Shown: positions 40,089-51,379 of the stretch, piece by piece
Position numbering within the stretch: position 1 is the stretch's first letter
Layout of the letters: every line of letters begins with the position of its first letter
DNA from: Cetorhinus maximus
Lineage: Eukaryota
Length of the DNA stretch: 64,000 nt
Direction: 5' to 3'
Assembly: GCF_964194155.1 (NCBI RefSeq)
Contig: NC_135898.1
Location: forward strand, 34,162,001-34,226,000
The notes under the pieces: generated by a model
The model's database searches: none
Told to the model about the DNA's origin: nothing
Seen by the model: only the letters and a program-made list of their open reading frames with translations
Position numbers and translations under genes: made by a program

Positions 40089-41028
40089 CTCAGATCTACA
40101 GTTGTCTGTGGGGCAGATTTGCACAATTTAACCCAATGTATGCTGCAGTCTTAATATCTATAACTGTCCAATCATTGCATTTGAGAATTCAAACTATCTT
40201 CTTCTTTCGGCTTGAGCCAATACACCATTGCTTTAAAGCCAACTTTACCAAAACCTAAAGAAAATTCTAAGAAGGTCCAGATGGTTCTGGTAAAAAAAAC
40301 TTCCAAGTGCAATGTCTGAATCATCTAAATGGTCATCCTAAATCTGAAGAATGTTATAAATTGCCAGTTCATCTCCCATATATCTGCCAATCACAACTCA
40401 GTATTCTACTTATGACCCTAGTACTGTAATACATTTTTCAGGAGAATTTTTAAGTTGCAAGTTCTGTAGTGTCACTACAATTGGCCCTTCATTCCTAGCT
40501 ATGATCAGCAACTGGCAATTACTGTATAAATCAGAAACATAGCACACAACTAAAGAATACTGGCAGGAATAGGCTACTTAGCAGGTCTGGGATCCCATGC
40601 AACTTGAGAAAAAGTAGGCACAGCACTTACACCGGGTGACAGTAGAGAATCATAGGACCTGGGATTGGCTCATGCAAGGGGCCAAAGCTGGGCAGGTTGA
40701 TGCCTGAATTATTCACAAGAATTGAGATCATGGGAAGAGAAGGGTCTGGGATTGCTGCGGGTGAGTGATCAGAAGGCATTAGATAAAATTTGGGCCTTAA
40801 TATTGGGGTGAGGAAATGTGGGACATGGAGTCTGCCAGTCATCTGCAAATGGAATTTTGAGAGCATGGGGGAAGGATAGTCACTTTTTGGAGCATTTACG
40901 CACATGGGGATTGGAGGCAAATGAGGTTGGGATTCAGAAGCATGGCAACGGTCTGGATTTGACAACACAACGAATGGGTGGGGGGGTCGGGGGGGAGGAA
41001 GGTTAGGGGTTTGGAGAAGGGAAAAATA

Positions 41029-41447
41029 ATAATAGTTCAGATCACAGAGAGCTCCTTTATCAGCACAGACAACAGCTGCAGCAAGGAAGAACAAGCTGCT
41101 TCAACTATAGTAGGATCAAACTGCTGACGTTGCACAAGCCCTACGATGACTCTGCCTGAAAGCAAAGTGGTTTCAGGTGTTCTGTTGAAGGGTCATGTTG
41201 GACTCGAAACGTCAACTCTTTTCTTCTCCACCGATGCTGCCAGACCTGCTGAGTTTTTCCAGGTAATTCTGTTTTTGTTTATAATAGTTCAGATGTTTAT
41301 ACTAGAGTAACATGAGCACAGAGAGCTCCTTTATCAGCACAGTCAACAGCTGCAGCAAAGAAGAGCAAGCTGCTTCAACTATAGTAGGATCAAAGTGCTG
41401 ACGTTGCACAAGCCCTACGATGACTGCCTGAAAGCAAAGTGGTTTCA
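41029..41447 (+). repeat. Direct repeat of 147 bp (41029-41175) and 167 bp (41281-41447) flanking the hammerhead insertion
   Basis: Both copies run from ATAATAGTTCAGAT to GCAAAGTGGTTTCA. They differ by a 22-bp indel, a 2-bp indel and a few substitutions. Confidence 0.95.
41176..41280 (+). mobile_element. ~100-nt hammerhead-motif retro-insertion, copy 2
   Basis: GTT-CTGTTGA-A-GGGTC-ATGTTG-GACTC-GAAAC-GTC-AAC; nearly identical to copy 1. Confidence 0.75.
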
Positions 41448-43314
41448 CCAGCAACAATGGGAGAGAAAAGGGAACACTACTGTAAGCACAATAGCAAGAC
41501 AAAGTGGATGCTGTCACGCCAGGGGAAGATAAATGACTGCAATATCTAGGAAAGCAGCACCACCTCTCCCTTCTTGATCGTGTGAAGCAACAAACAATGT
41601 ACGAGAACCACTTGGAGGTCCTACTTACATTGATTATTTGCAGCAGCACAAGACTGAAATCAAATTTATAGGTTTTTGTAAAATTATTCTTCATTGGAAA
41701 TGGAAATTAGAGAATGCAAAGCAACAAGTGAACACAGCCTTCAGAATTAGCTCAAGATTTAATCCAGTCAATTACTTCCCATTACAATGGAAGAGAACCA
41801 TATCTATTGACCAGCTGATGGTGAAGGAAACAAGATCATTTCACAGAGTAAAGAAATTAATGCCCCCTTAGGCAGCAGCAGCTCTGAACAGAGATGACTT
41901 TGTCATATTTACTGGAAAGTCACAGAATTCTATTAACACTGCAGCCGCAAAAATGCAGGGGCACAATGCAAGAGAGGATAAGACAGTATGCATTTCACAA
42001 GCTCGTGAGATTTGTCAGTCTGTCACAGGGTTCCATATGAGTTTGGGGGGCGGGGGGGGGTCATACCATTGTTGGGCTTCAGGTGAAGCAGGGTTAGAGA
42101 GCAGGTGGACTAGTGTGTACATGTAATTCAGTCCCCGTTTTAAAGTCACAGATTTCTATCCTTACTTTTGTAATTCCACTATAAATAACTAAGTCCACAT
42201 TTATAATGCTAACAGCCTACATAAAACTAGTCACGCTGCAATTACAACTCAGTGTCTCCATTTACAAGTATAATTACAGCGTGTGACAAGATCACATAGG
42301 CAGTTTCCAATATAAATGTGGATGTAGGGAGTTGTAATACAAAAAGCTGAGAGTCTGAATGACTCAGATATAACAGAAGTAAAAATAACATGGACTCCAC
42401 AGTTCTAGAGGATTCTTAGCAGCAATCTATGCCAACTTTCTACTACTTGACCAGTTTTGTAACTGTTTTACATACTGTTTTATTTCCCCAATGGATTCTA
42501 TTCATTGAAATAGTCAAATTCAAACAAATAAATTCCCTGTTAAAGCAGAGGATATGCTGTTTTGCAAGTTCAGGAACATTAGGTAACATGACAGATTTTT
42601 CTGCTGTCCTTTTTAAGACCACAGGGTACACAGAGGTCAATGTGGGGTAAGTAGAGTGCAGTATTTTACTGTAGGTCAGCAGCTGATAATTAAACCCCGG
42701 CTCCTGAACAGCATCAGCACAGGCTCTAAAACCCAAATGGCCACCTTATCACTGCCAAATGAATGGCTTTGATTTTGCTTCAGTAATGGTAGCAAGCCAG
42801 TCAGAATTCACTGCCTTTGCTCCTCTGAAACTGGAGTCTGGCCATGCACAATTAAACATGGAAATCCCAAGTTGCTCTCAGTGATCCTATAGTTTCCTGT
42901 GCTGCATTGCATTCTGTTGAAGCCACCAGTATGCAATCAAGTAGAAGTCACTAAACTGATGAGAACTGTGCTGTTCAAATTGCTGCAAAAACCTGAAAAA
43001 GTTACATCTTGTTGAATGAGGGTTACTGGGTTTTTATGGCATTCTAGGCTCATAACTATTGATAAGAAACAGCTATGGCACTGAAAAGCTAATTTTAGAT
43101 TTGTTAAATGTCAAGTTTCTCCAGTAAGATTTTTTTTTTTTAAATCACATTTTAATTTTTTTTTTTTAAAAAGTTGGATATTTCAGCTTCCACCTTCACT
43201 CCATCAATGTGCCCCAATCATTCACTCTCTAAAATAATTAAAAACCAAAGGTTAATCAGTGCATTTTACTTGCTCATTTGCTGTTCAAGGAGACTTGAAC
43301 ATCATGGAATACTT

Positions 43315-43414
43315 CTTCAAGGTCTGTTGAAGGGTCATTCGGACTCGAAACGTTAACTGTGTTCCTCTCCGCAGATGCTGCCAGACCTACTGAGTTTTTC
43401 CATTTTTTGTTTTT
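43315..43414 (+). mobile_element. ~100-nt hammerhead-motif retro-insertion, copy 3
   Basis: CTGTTGA-A-GGGTC-ATTCG-GACTC-GAAAC-GTTA-AC with a perfect 14-bp TSD ATCATGGAATACTT (43301-43314 and 43415-43428). Confidence 0.8.
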
Positions 43415-44371
43415 ATCATGGAATACTTAACCGGCTCGCTCGATAACATCATTGTTGCCTGGTGACCTCATTTGTAAAGGGGAAATCCACACAAGAGATA
43501 ACTAGATCTCTTTTGGCTAGCTTTCTTCCTAGTCAGTGGCAAGTGCGCTTATTTTGCTGCTGACTGCAAAATTCAGGGCAATGGGGGCTATTTAAAAAGA
43601 TGGAATGACCTACAAGAGGCAGCATCCATAATCCATATTAATAAGTAAATGGTAAGTACTTGGAAGGAGTACTTAAAAGCATATGGAACAGGCACAGAGC
43701 ATTCAGAAATCTGGCACCTGTGTGATGAGCCAAATAGCCATTTTCTATTCAGTCAAATTCTGTGATCCTATTCAACATTCCAGTTTGCACAACTCTATGA
43801 TTACTCGAAAGAACCCATACCCAAATACTGTAGTAGAAGGATCGAGTACATTAAGGGCTAATCTGAGACTGAGTGCAGTACTGCTCACTGGTGATTAAGG
43901 TGGCAGCTGACCTAGAGCTTAGATCAGCAGTGTAGGGCTAGATAGCAACACGTAAGGACATGCCTGGGAGTCCTCTCCATATCTTTACCCGCCACTGTAA
44001 ATATGTACATAGTTCAGTAATGTTAGCAGAGGCTTGTTGCTAATTTCAACAAGATTCCTCAATGGTGTCCAAGCAGTATACATCACAGTTAGTGACAACA
44101 CAACAAAACAAATACTAGGCAAGGGCAGAATTGGGCTCAGTGGTGTTGGATTTCTTGGTCCAACGGCCAAATGACCCTCACTGTCTTAAAATACAAGAAT
44201 GAGGTGCCTGAGCTGGCATAGAATGAGAAATTTAGGAGAAAATAAGAAATCGACAAAAGAAAACAATTATATTGTTATAGTTTGAGATAGTAATCACACT
44301 AATTTCATGGAATGATACAGTACAGGAGACCATTTGGCCTATCATGCCTGTGCTAGCTCTTTGAAAGAGCC

Positions 44372-46910
44372 ATCATGAGAACATAGCAAAGAGAAGTAGG
44401 CCATTCGGCCCCTCGAGCCTGATTCTCCATTCAATAGGATCATGGCTGATCTGTTTGTATTGAGTTCCACATTCCCATCTACCCTGATAACCTTTGATTC
44501 CCTTACCTAACAAGAATCTATCTACCTCTGCCTTGAAAATGTTCAATGACCCCACTTCCACTGCCTTCTGAGGCAGAGAGTTCCAAAGTCACACAACCCT
44601 CAGGAAAGACTTCTCCTCATCTCTGTCCTAGAAGGGCGACGCCTAATTTTAAAACAGTGCTCCCTAGTTCTGGACTCACCCACAAGAGGAAACATCCTTT
44701 TCGTGTCCACCTTGTCGAGATCATTCAGGATCTTAAATATTCCAATCAAGTCGCCCCTTCTTCTAAACTTCAGTAGCTACAAGCCCGGTCTGTCCAGCCT
44801 TTCCTCATAAGACAACCCACTAATTCCAAGTATCAAACTAATAAACTGCCTCCAATGCATTTACATCCTTCCTTAAATAAGGAGACTGCACATAGTATTC
44901 GAGATGTGATCTCACTGTATAACTAAAACTTTAATGCCCTGTATAACTAAAACATAACATCCTTACTTATTTGTTCAATTCCTCTCATAAAAGGATAGCT
45001 ATCCATTAGCTTTCTTAATTATTTGTTGTACCCGCATACTAACTTTTTGTGACTCATGTACCAGGACACCTAGATCCTTCTGCACCTCGGAGTTCTGCAA
45101 TCGTTCTTCGTTTAAGCAATACTCTGCTTTTTTATTCTTCCTGCCAAAGTGAATAACTTCACATTGTCCCACATTATACTCCATCTGCCATATTTTTGTC
45201 CACTCGCTCAACCTATCTATACCATCTGCAAACTCCTCATGTGCTCTTCACAACATACTTTCCTACCTATCTTTGTACCATCTGCAAATTTAGCTACTAT
45301 GCCTTCGCTCACCTCATCTAAGCCATTGATATAAATTGTAACAAGTTGAGGCCCAAGCACAGACCCCTGCAGGACTCCACTCATCACATTCTACCAATCA
45401 GAAGACGACCTATTTATGTGTACTCTGTTTTCTGATAGCCACCCAACCTTCTATCCATGCTAATATGTTACCCCCTACACCATGGCCTTTTATTTTCCAT
45501 AATAACCTTTGATGTGGCACTTTACCAAATGCCTTCTGGAAATCTACAGGCTCCCCTTTATCCGGAGCACACACATTATTCGTCAAAGAACTTTAATAAA
45601 TTGGTTAAACATGATTTCCCTTTCACAAAAACACGCTGACTCTTCCCATTACTTTGAGTTTTTCTAAGTGCCCAGCCAAAACCTCCTTCATGGTCAATTC
45701 TAACACCTTCCCCACAACAGATGTCAAGCTAACTGGCCTATAGTTTCCTGCCTCCCTCCCTTCTTGAATAGAGGGATTATATTTGCTACTTTCCAATCTG
45801 ACGGAACCTTTCCAGAATCTAGGGAATTTTAGAAAATTAACACCAACACACCTACTACCTCAGCAGCCACCTCTTTTAAGACCGTGGGGTGAAGTCCATC
45901 TGGAACCAGAGGCTTGTCAGCCCACAGCTCCATCAATTTGCTCAGTACCACTTCCCTCATGATTGCAATTTCACCAAATTCCTCTCCCTTCCACCTCCTG
46001 ATTTACAGCTATGACTGGAATGCTTTTTGTATCCTCTATCGTGAGGACAGAAGCAAAATATTTGTTCATTTCCTCTGGCATTTCCTCATTATCTATTAAC
46101 TCCCCATTCTCACTCTCTAGAGGGAGGACCAACACTCACTTGACTTACTCTTTTCCTTAAACACCTGTAGGAACTCTTGCCTTCCGTTTTTTCATTTCTA
46201 ACTAGCTTCCTCTCGTTTTCTAATTTCTTTCTCCTGATTTTAGTCATTCTCTGCCGTTCTTCATATTCTGACCAATCATCTGACATGCCATTCATCTTTG
46301 TGCAGTTATCTGCTTTTTCCTTAAGTTTGATGCTTTCTTTAACTTCTTTCGTTAACCATGGATGGTGGGTCCTCCCTTTAGAATTTAGAATTTTTCTTTC
46401 TTGTAGCAATATATTTATTCTGAAATATCTCTAATTGTTTGCCACTGCTTCTCTATTGATCTATCTCCTAGTCTAGTATCCCAGTTCACTTCAACTAGCT
46501 CAGCTTTCATTCCCACGTAGTTGCCCTTATTTAAGTTTAAAATGCTCATCTTAGACCCACTCTTCTCCCTTTCAAACTGGATGTAAAATTCAATCATATC
46601 GCTGCTACATAAGGGTGCCTTTACTCTGATGTCATTAATTAATTCTGTCACATTACACAATACCAAGTCTAATACAGCCAGCTTTCTGGTTGGTTCCAGA
46701 ATGTGCTACTCTAAGAAACTCTCAAAAGCATTCTATGAACTCATCCAGGCTACTACTGCCAATCTGATTTTTCCAGTTCACATGTAGATTAAAATCATCC
46801 ATGATTATTGCCTTTATCACAAGCACCCAGTATTTCTTCCTGTATTCCACATTATGGTTACTGTTAGGGGGTCTATAGACCACTCCCAAGAGAGACTTCC
46901 CCCCCACTCA
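44372..46910 (-). mobile_element. CR1 LINE ORF2 (decayed), nested in an older CR1 tail
   Basis: GVVYRPPNS, WLTKEVKESIK, WQMEYNVGQC, DLGVLVHESQK and a CR1 tail. The host element is split at TTTGAAAGAGC (about 44370) and TATCCAATTAGTCCCAC (about 46933). Confidence 0.9.
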
Positions 46911-47329
46911 GTTTCTTCAGCTGCACTTGTTTTATCCAATTAGTCCCACTTCCTTGCCCTTTCCCCAGAGCCCTACAATGTTTTCTCCTTCAGATATTTA
47001 TCCAATTCCCTACCAAAAGTTATTAAAATCTGCTTCCACCACTCTTTCAAACAATGCCTACTCACCTCACCTCTGGTTCTTTTGTTAATTATCTTGTGAT
47101 AACAAATGTAATTTGCCATATAAAATTACTTAATTGCATTTTCCAGGCAAATTCCACTTGTTTTCACCTTTCTATTCCAACAATTCAATCTGACGTACCA
47201 GTTAAACATAAGGATGACCAAAAACTTCATTTTCAGTCCCCCACCAACTCTGTACCTTTGCTTAGATCCCTCTCCTTAGCCTAGCTTCAAGCTAAGCTTT
47301 TAACTCAGTATCCTTTCCTTCACAAAGGC

Positions 47330-47855
47330 AAGGACCACCAGCCACAACATTAACTATGACATCACTACTTAGCCCATCTACTGATACAACTGATATACAC
47401 CTTTGTCACCTCCAGCCTCAACTATTTCAACATTTACATCCTTGATTTAAAACTCTACTGCTTGCATCTGCACACAAATCAGATCCGGCTCACCCAGCAC
47501 CCCTGTACTCACTGACCTACATTGACAGCTGGTCCCAACATTTCAAATTCTCATCTTCAGATTTAAATTTCTTCATGGTCTCATACCATCTTATACTCTC
47601 CAACACCCTCCCATGGAACTCTCCATTCATTGGACTCCCACTTCCCTTTATCCCCCCATTGGCAGCAGTGCCATCAACCAACTAGGACTCTCACTATGGA
47701 GGTCCTGACCCAGACCCCAACACCTTCAAGACTCTCAACACCCAATTTTAGTCAGCCTTCCCAATTATCTCAATCTTTGGCTCTGTGCAATTTCTTATGT
47801 CTCTGAAGTATCTTGGGGCGTTTTGCTGCAGTATAGCTTCATAAATGCAATTTTA
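47330..47855 (+). mobile_element. L2-type LINE 3' fragment (old)
   Basis: CCTTTGTCACCTCCAG, CCCCTGTACTCACTGACCTACATTG (P.L.DLH) and an L2-like tail TGAAGTATCTTGGGGCGTTTT..ATAAATGCAA. Confidence 0.55.
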
Positions 47856-48589
47856 ATATTGGCTATTTTAAGAAAGTTAATATACACAACTTCGCATGGA
47901 AACTCCACAATAAAAAAAACAATGTATTTATATTCCATGATAGCCGATGCAGCTCAGGTGTCATGGGAAATGTTTTAATGGATAAGCAGAGCTCTTAGTT
48001 AGGACAGTGAAGATGTACAGATGCCAACACTACTAGGTCAGTTGTGTTAATGTGCAAAGTTAGCACTCAAGGTCATTATTACATTTGTTGCCATGAGTGA
48101 AAAAAGTCCCAGATCACACAGCTAAAGGTAACGTCAACAAAGTTTATCCAACACGCCCCGAAAAAGACAGGCAGAAATAAATGGGTGTTTCATAGTTAAT
48201 GGGTAAATTCAGTGAACAATATTCAAAGCTGGTTTGCCTTTTTAAAATTTGGATTCCTATTTGGGTCTCCATTTGAAAATCACCGCTCGGCTCCAATTAA
48301 TTTTGTGAAGACAAAACAGTCGTCAAAATTGGACTTTGTTTTTTGTTATGACTAAAACAGTTCCACATCCCATGGCGTGATGCCAAAAATCTAACGCAAT
48401 TAATTAGCATCCTACAACAAAAAAAAGCCATTTTGTATCGTGGATGCTGCGCAAATGTTTGAACATTTTGCTCAGTGGAGATGATGTTAGTCAGTCCATG
48501 AGCAATCACTTATTTATAAGATCTGGAATGAAAACATATAAACCCAGAGTGTTACTGAACACCTTCCCACAGAATGGAGTTGTTAATTT

Positions 48590-49075
48590 TCTAACAGAGC
48601 GGCCTTTGGCGGTGGCCGGGTTCAGACTCACGGTGCGGCCTGATGCTCACCAGCCAGCCCCACACTGAACTCAGGGCCTTCCACAAGCGGCTGGCCCGCC
48701 TGCGAGTCACCCAGGCCGCCGAGCCCGAGTCACCGGCGGGCTGCTTGTTGCTGCTGAGACCCAGCAGTGTCCTTTCGCTCCGCCACTGAGTAAAGCCGCA
48801 CCTCGCCCGGCCCGCGATCGTTCTCACTTACACCACAACCCTCGAGATGATCCACGACACCATGGCCCTGGCTGCCAGTTGGTCTCTCGCTCGCTCTCCG
48901 CTCGGTGAAACGCGCGCCCCTCCCTCACAATGACACCCCACCCGGGCCGGGAGACCTAACCCAGGCCTCATTGGCCAAACTGGACATCTCCAAGGTTACG
49001 CCTCTGGATTCCAGCTCTGATTGGCCAGACCGCCTGTCAATCAGTGCATTGCCCCGTCCTCCAATGTTTCCGGTG
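48590..49075 (-). promoter_or_regulatory. CpG-island promoter/first exon of the REEP gene with CCAAT boxes
   Basis: The clearest CpG-rich stretch in the window (e.g. CGCGCGCC, CCCGCGATCG), surrounding the ATG. It has ATTGG/CCAAT motifs at about 48970, 49020 and 49061, and no obvious TATA box. Confidence 0.75.
48832..48863 (-). CDS. REEP3: REEP3-like receptor expression-enhancing protein, coding exon 1 (MVSWIISRVV + 2 nt)
   Basis: Minus strand reads GGGCC-ATG GTG TCG TGG ATC ATC TCG AGG GTT GTG GT|GTAAGT. It has a strong Kozak context, 32 coding nt (the conserved REEP1-4 exon-1 size) and a canonical donor, and it lies in a CpG-rich island. Confidence 0.92.
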
Positions 49076-49264
49076 GAGCAGACTCTTACAAAAAAAAACA
49101 ACCTTGTCCTTCTCTCAGTGTCAGGGAAGCCAAATTTATCATCAGAAAGTGCAGTGACAAGAACAGCCAAACCTCTGCAGCTTTTAAAGAGCGAGATGGA
49201 TTAAATGGGTTGCCACTGGAGATTTGGGAAAGGCAAAATCATTTACAATCAATGGCATGATACC

Positions 49265-49965
49265 GATAAACATAGAGGGACAGAAAGAGGGATTTGATGG
49301 AGTTCACAGATTTATGAAGGTGGTTGGACAGGTAGATAAGGTGAACAAAAAGGCATATGGGATATTGCCTTTATTAGACAAGGCATAGAGTATAAGAGCA
49401 GGGAAGCTATGTTAGAACAGTACAAAACACTGGTTAGGCCGCAGCTAGAGTACTGCAAGCAGTCCTGGACTCTAGGAAAGAGAGGGTTTGGAGGAGATTT
49501 ACGAGGATGTTGTTTGGACTGGCGAATTTTAGTTATCAGGAAAGGCTGGATAGGCTAGTTTTCTTTGGAATGACAGAGGATAAGGGGAGATTTAATTGAA
49601 GGCTATAAAATTATGAGGGGTCTAGATAGATTGGATAGGGAGATCCTATCGCCCTTGGGTGATGGGTCCATATCTGGGGTGGCGGGCTGGGGAAATAGGT
49701 TCACAGTAAGAGAGAGGAGATATAGAGGCAATTCAAGGGGAAGCACCCAGAAGGCAGTGGGGATCTGGAACTCACTGCCTGAAAAGATGGTCAAGACAGA
49801 AACCCTCAAAAGTTAAAAAATACTTTGATATGCACTTGAAGTGGCGTAACCTGCAAGGCTATGGACAAAGACCCAGAAATTGGGATTAGGCTCCTTATTG
49901 GCCAGTGCAAACACAAGGGCTGAATGGCCTCCTTCCGTGCTGTAAGTTTCTATGATTTTCTATGA
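49265..49965 (+). mobile_element. CR1 3' fragment just upstream of the REEP promoter
   Basis: YKTLVRPQLEYC, RGDLIE, MRGLDRLD, IWNSLPE, followed by the tail. Confidence 0.85.
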
Positions 49966-50318
49966 ATTTTTTAATCGTACTCCAAATGGCAAATTACTTT
50001 CTCATCTGATCCATGTCATTAATTAAACAGTGTCAACCACTCATTTTGGTTTAAAAATATCATTCTCATATATCCTCCCTCATTATTTAGCTTCCTTCAG
50101 AGTTAAAAGCTTACACCCACACCTTTGTCAGTTCCAAATCTGACGATTCCAATGCTCTCTTTGATGGCCTCCTGACTTGACTGTGTATAAACACCAACTT
50201 GTCCAAAACTTTACCATACATATATTGTCCTGAATTAAATCCCATTTGCCCATCACCCCTGTTTATGCTGAGCAACATTGGCTGTCATCCAACATACCAA
50301 ATTTAAAATCCTCATTAA

Positions 50319-50700
50319 AGAGTCAGCTGTGGCTCAGATGGTAACACCCTCACCTCTGGGTCAGAAGGTTGTGGGTCAAAGCCCCACTCCAGAAACTTGA
50401 GCATACATTCCAGTACAGTACTCAGGGAGTGCTGCACTGTTGGAGGTGCTGTCTTTTAGATGAGACATTAATCCAAGATCCTATCTGTTTTCTATGTTTA
50501 AGGTAAGAGATTTCTTAGCACTGTTTCAAAGAAAAGCAAATGGTTAACGCTGATGTTTTGGCCAATATTTATCCTTCAATCAACATCACAAAAACAAATT
50601 ATCTGGTCATTTCTTGTGGGACCTTGCTGCACGCAAACTGACTGTTGCATTTCCAATATTATACTACACTTCAAAAGTACTTCATTGCCTACAAAATGTA
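50319..50700 (+). mobile_element. DeuSINE-like SINE (tRNA head plus Deu domain) inserted into L2 fragments (about 50100-51080)
   Basis: GTGGCTCAGATGG A-box and GGAGGTGCTGTCTTTTAGATGAGACATTAATCCAAGATCC, which resembles the Deu-domain core. Confidence 0.7.
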
Positions 50701-51379
50701 ATGCAGATAACACAGAAGATGTGCTTTTTTTCTTTTCAAATCCTTCCATAGTTCCACACACACCATCACTGCAATCTCTTCTAGCCCAGTTAACCCTTCA
50801 CCTCAAGCACAAAACATTCCATTCCCCCTTTGGTCCTTTGCGATCCTACCTCCCCTTACTCCACCGTTAATGCAAAGCATTCAGCCTGGGTCCTCCACTC
50901 TTGAATTTCCTCTCTAAAACCTTCTACCGTTCCACTTTTCTCTCCTTTTAAAATCCATCTCTTCAGCAAGCTTTAGGTCACCCTGTCCTATTCCCTGGTA
51001 TCCTAGCTCAGCATTTGTTTCCTTACACTGCTTTGTGAACTACCTTGTAACTTTTTTTGTTAAATGTGCTGCAAATAATATTGAATTAGTTTACCAGCTA
51101 TCTCTCTCTTACTGATAACATTATCTGGTCTCTGCTGCAAATTCTTCTATTAAAATGTAAAAGTTAATATAATATAGGACTTTAATTTTTTGAAGATGCA
51201 GTATCATATTCTACATATTAAACAATATGAAATAATGGGACAAGTTCACCTGGTGTCTTACAATACATTGTAGCAATTGCCCTACCTACTCTCTTACCAA
51301 CATTTCCACCTAGCATGCTTGCTGGGGGCTAATCTTTTTCGTCCTCAACTCACTCACTCCTCACCCTCCTATTACTGAC

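Noticed and set aside
40976-41010. G-rich tract as a functional G-quadruplex (also about 12473, 21132 and 42043)
   Set aside because: Simple poly-G runs with no supporting context.
48591-49260. Several 78-99-aa ORFs around the promoter
   Set aside because: Expected in GC-rich CpG-island DNA, with no recognisable homology.
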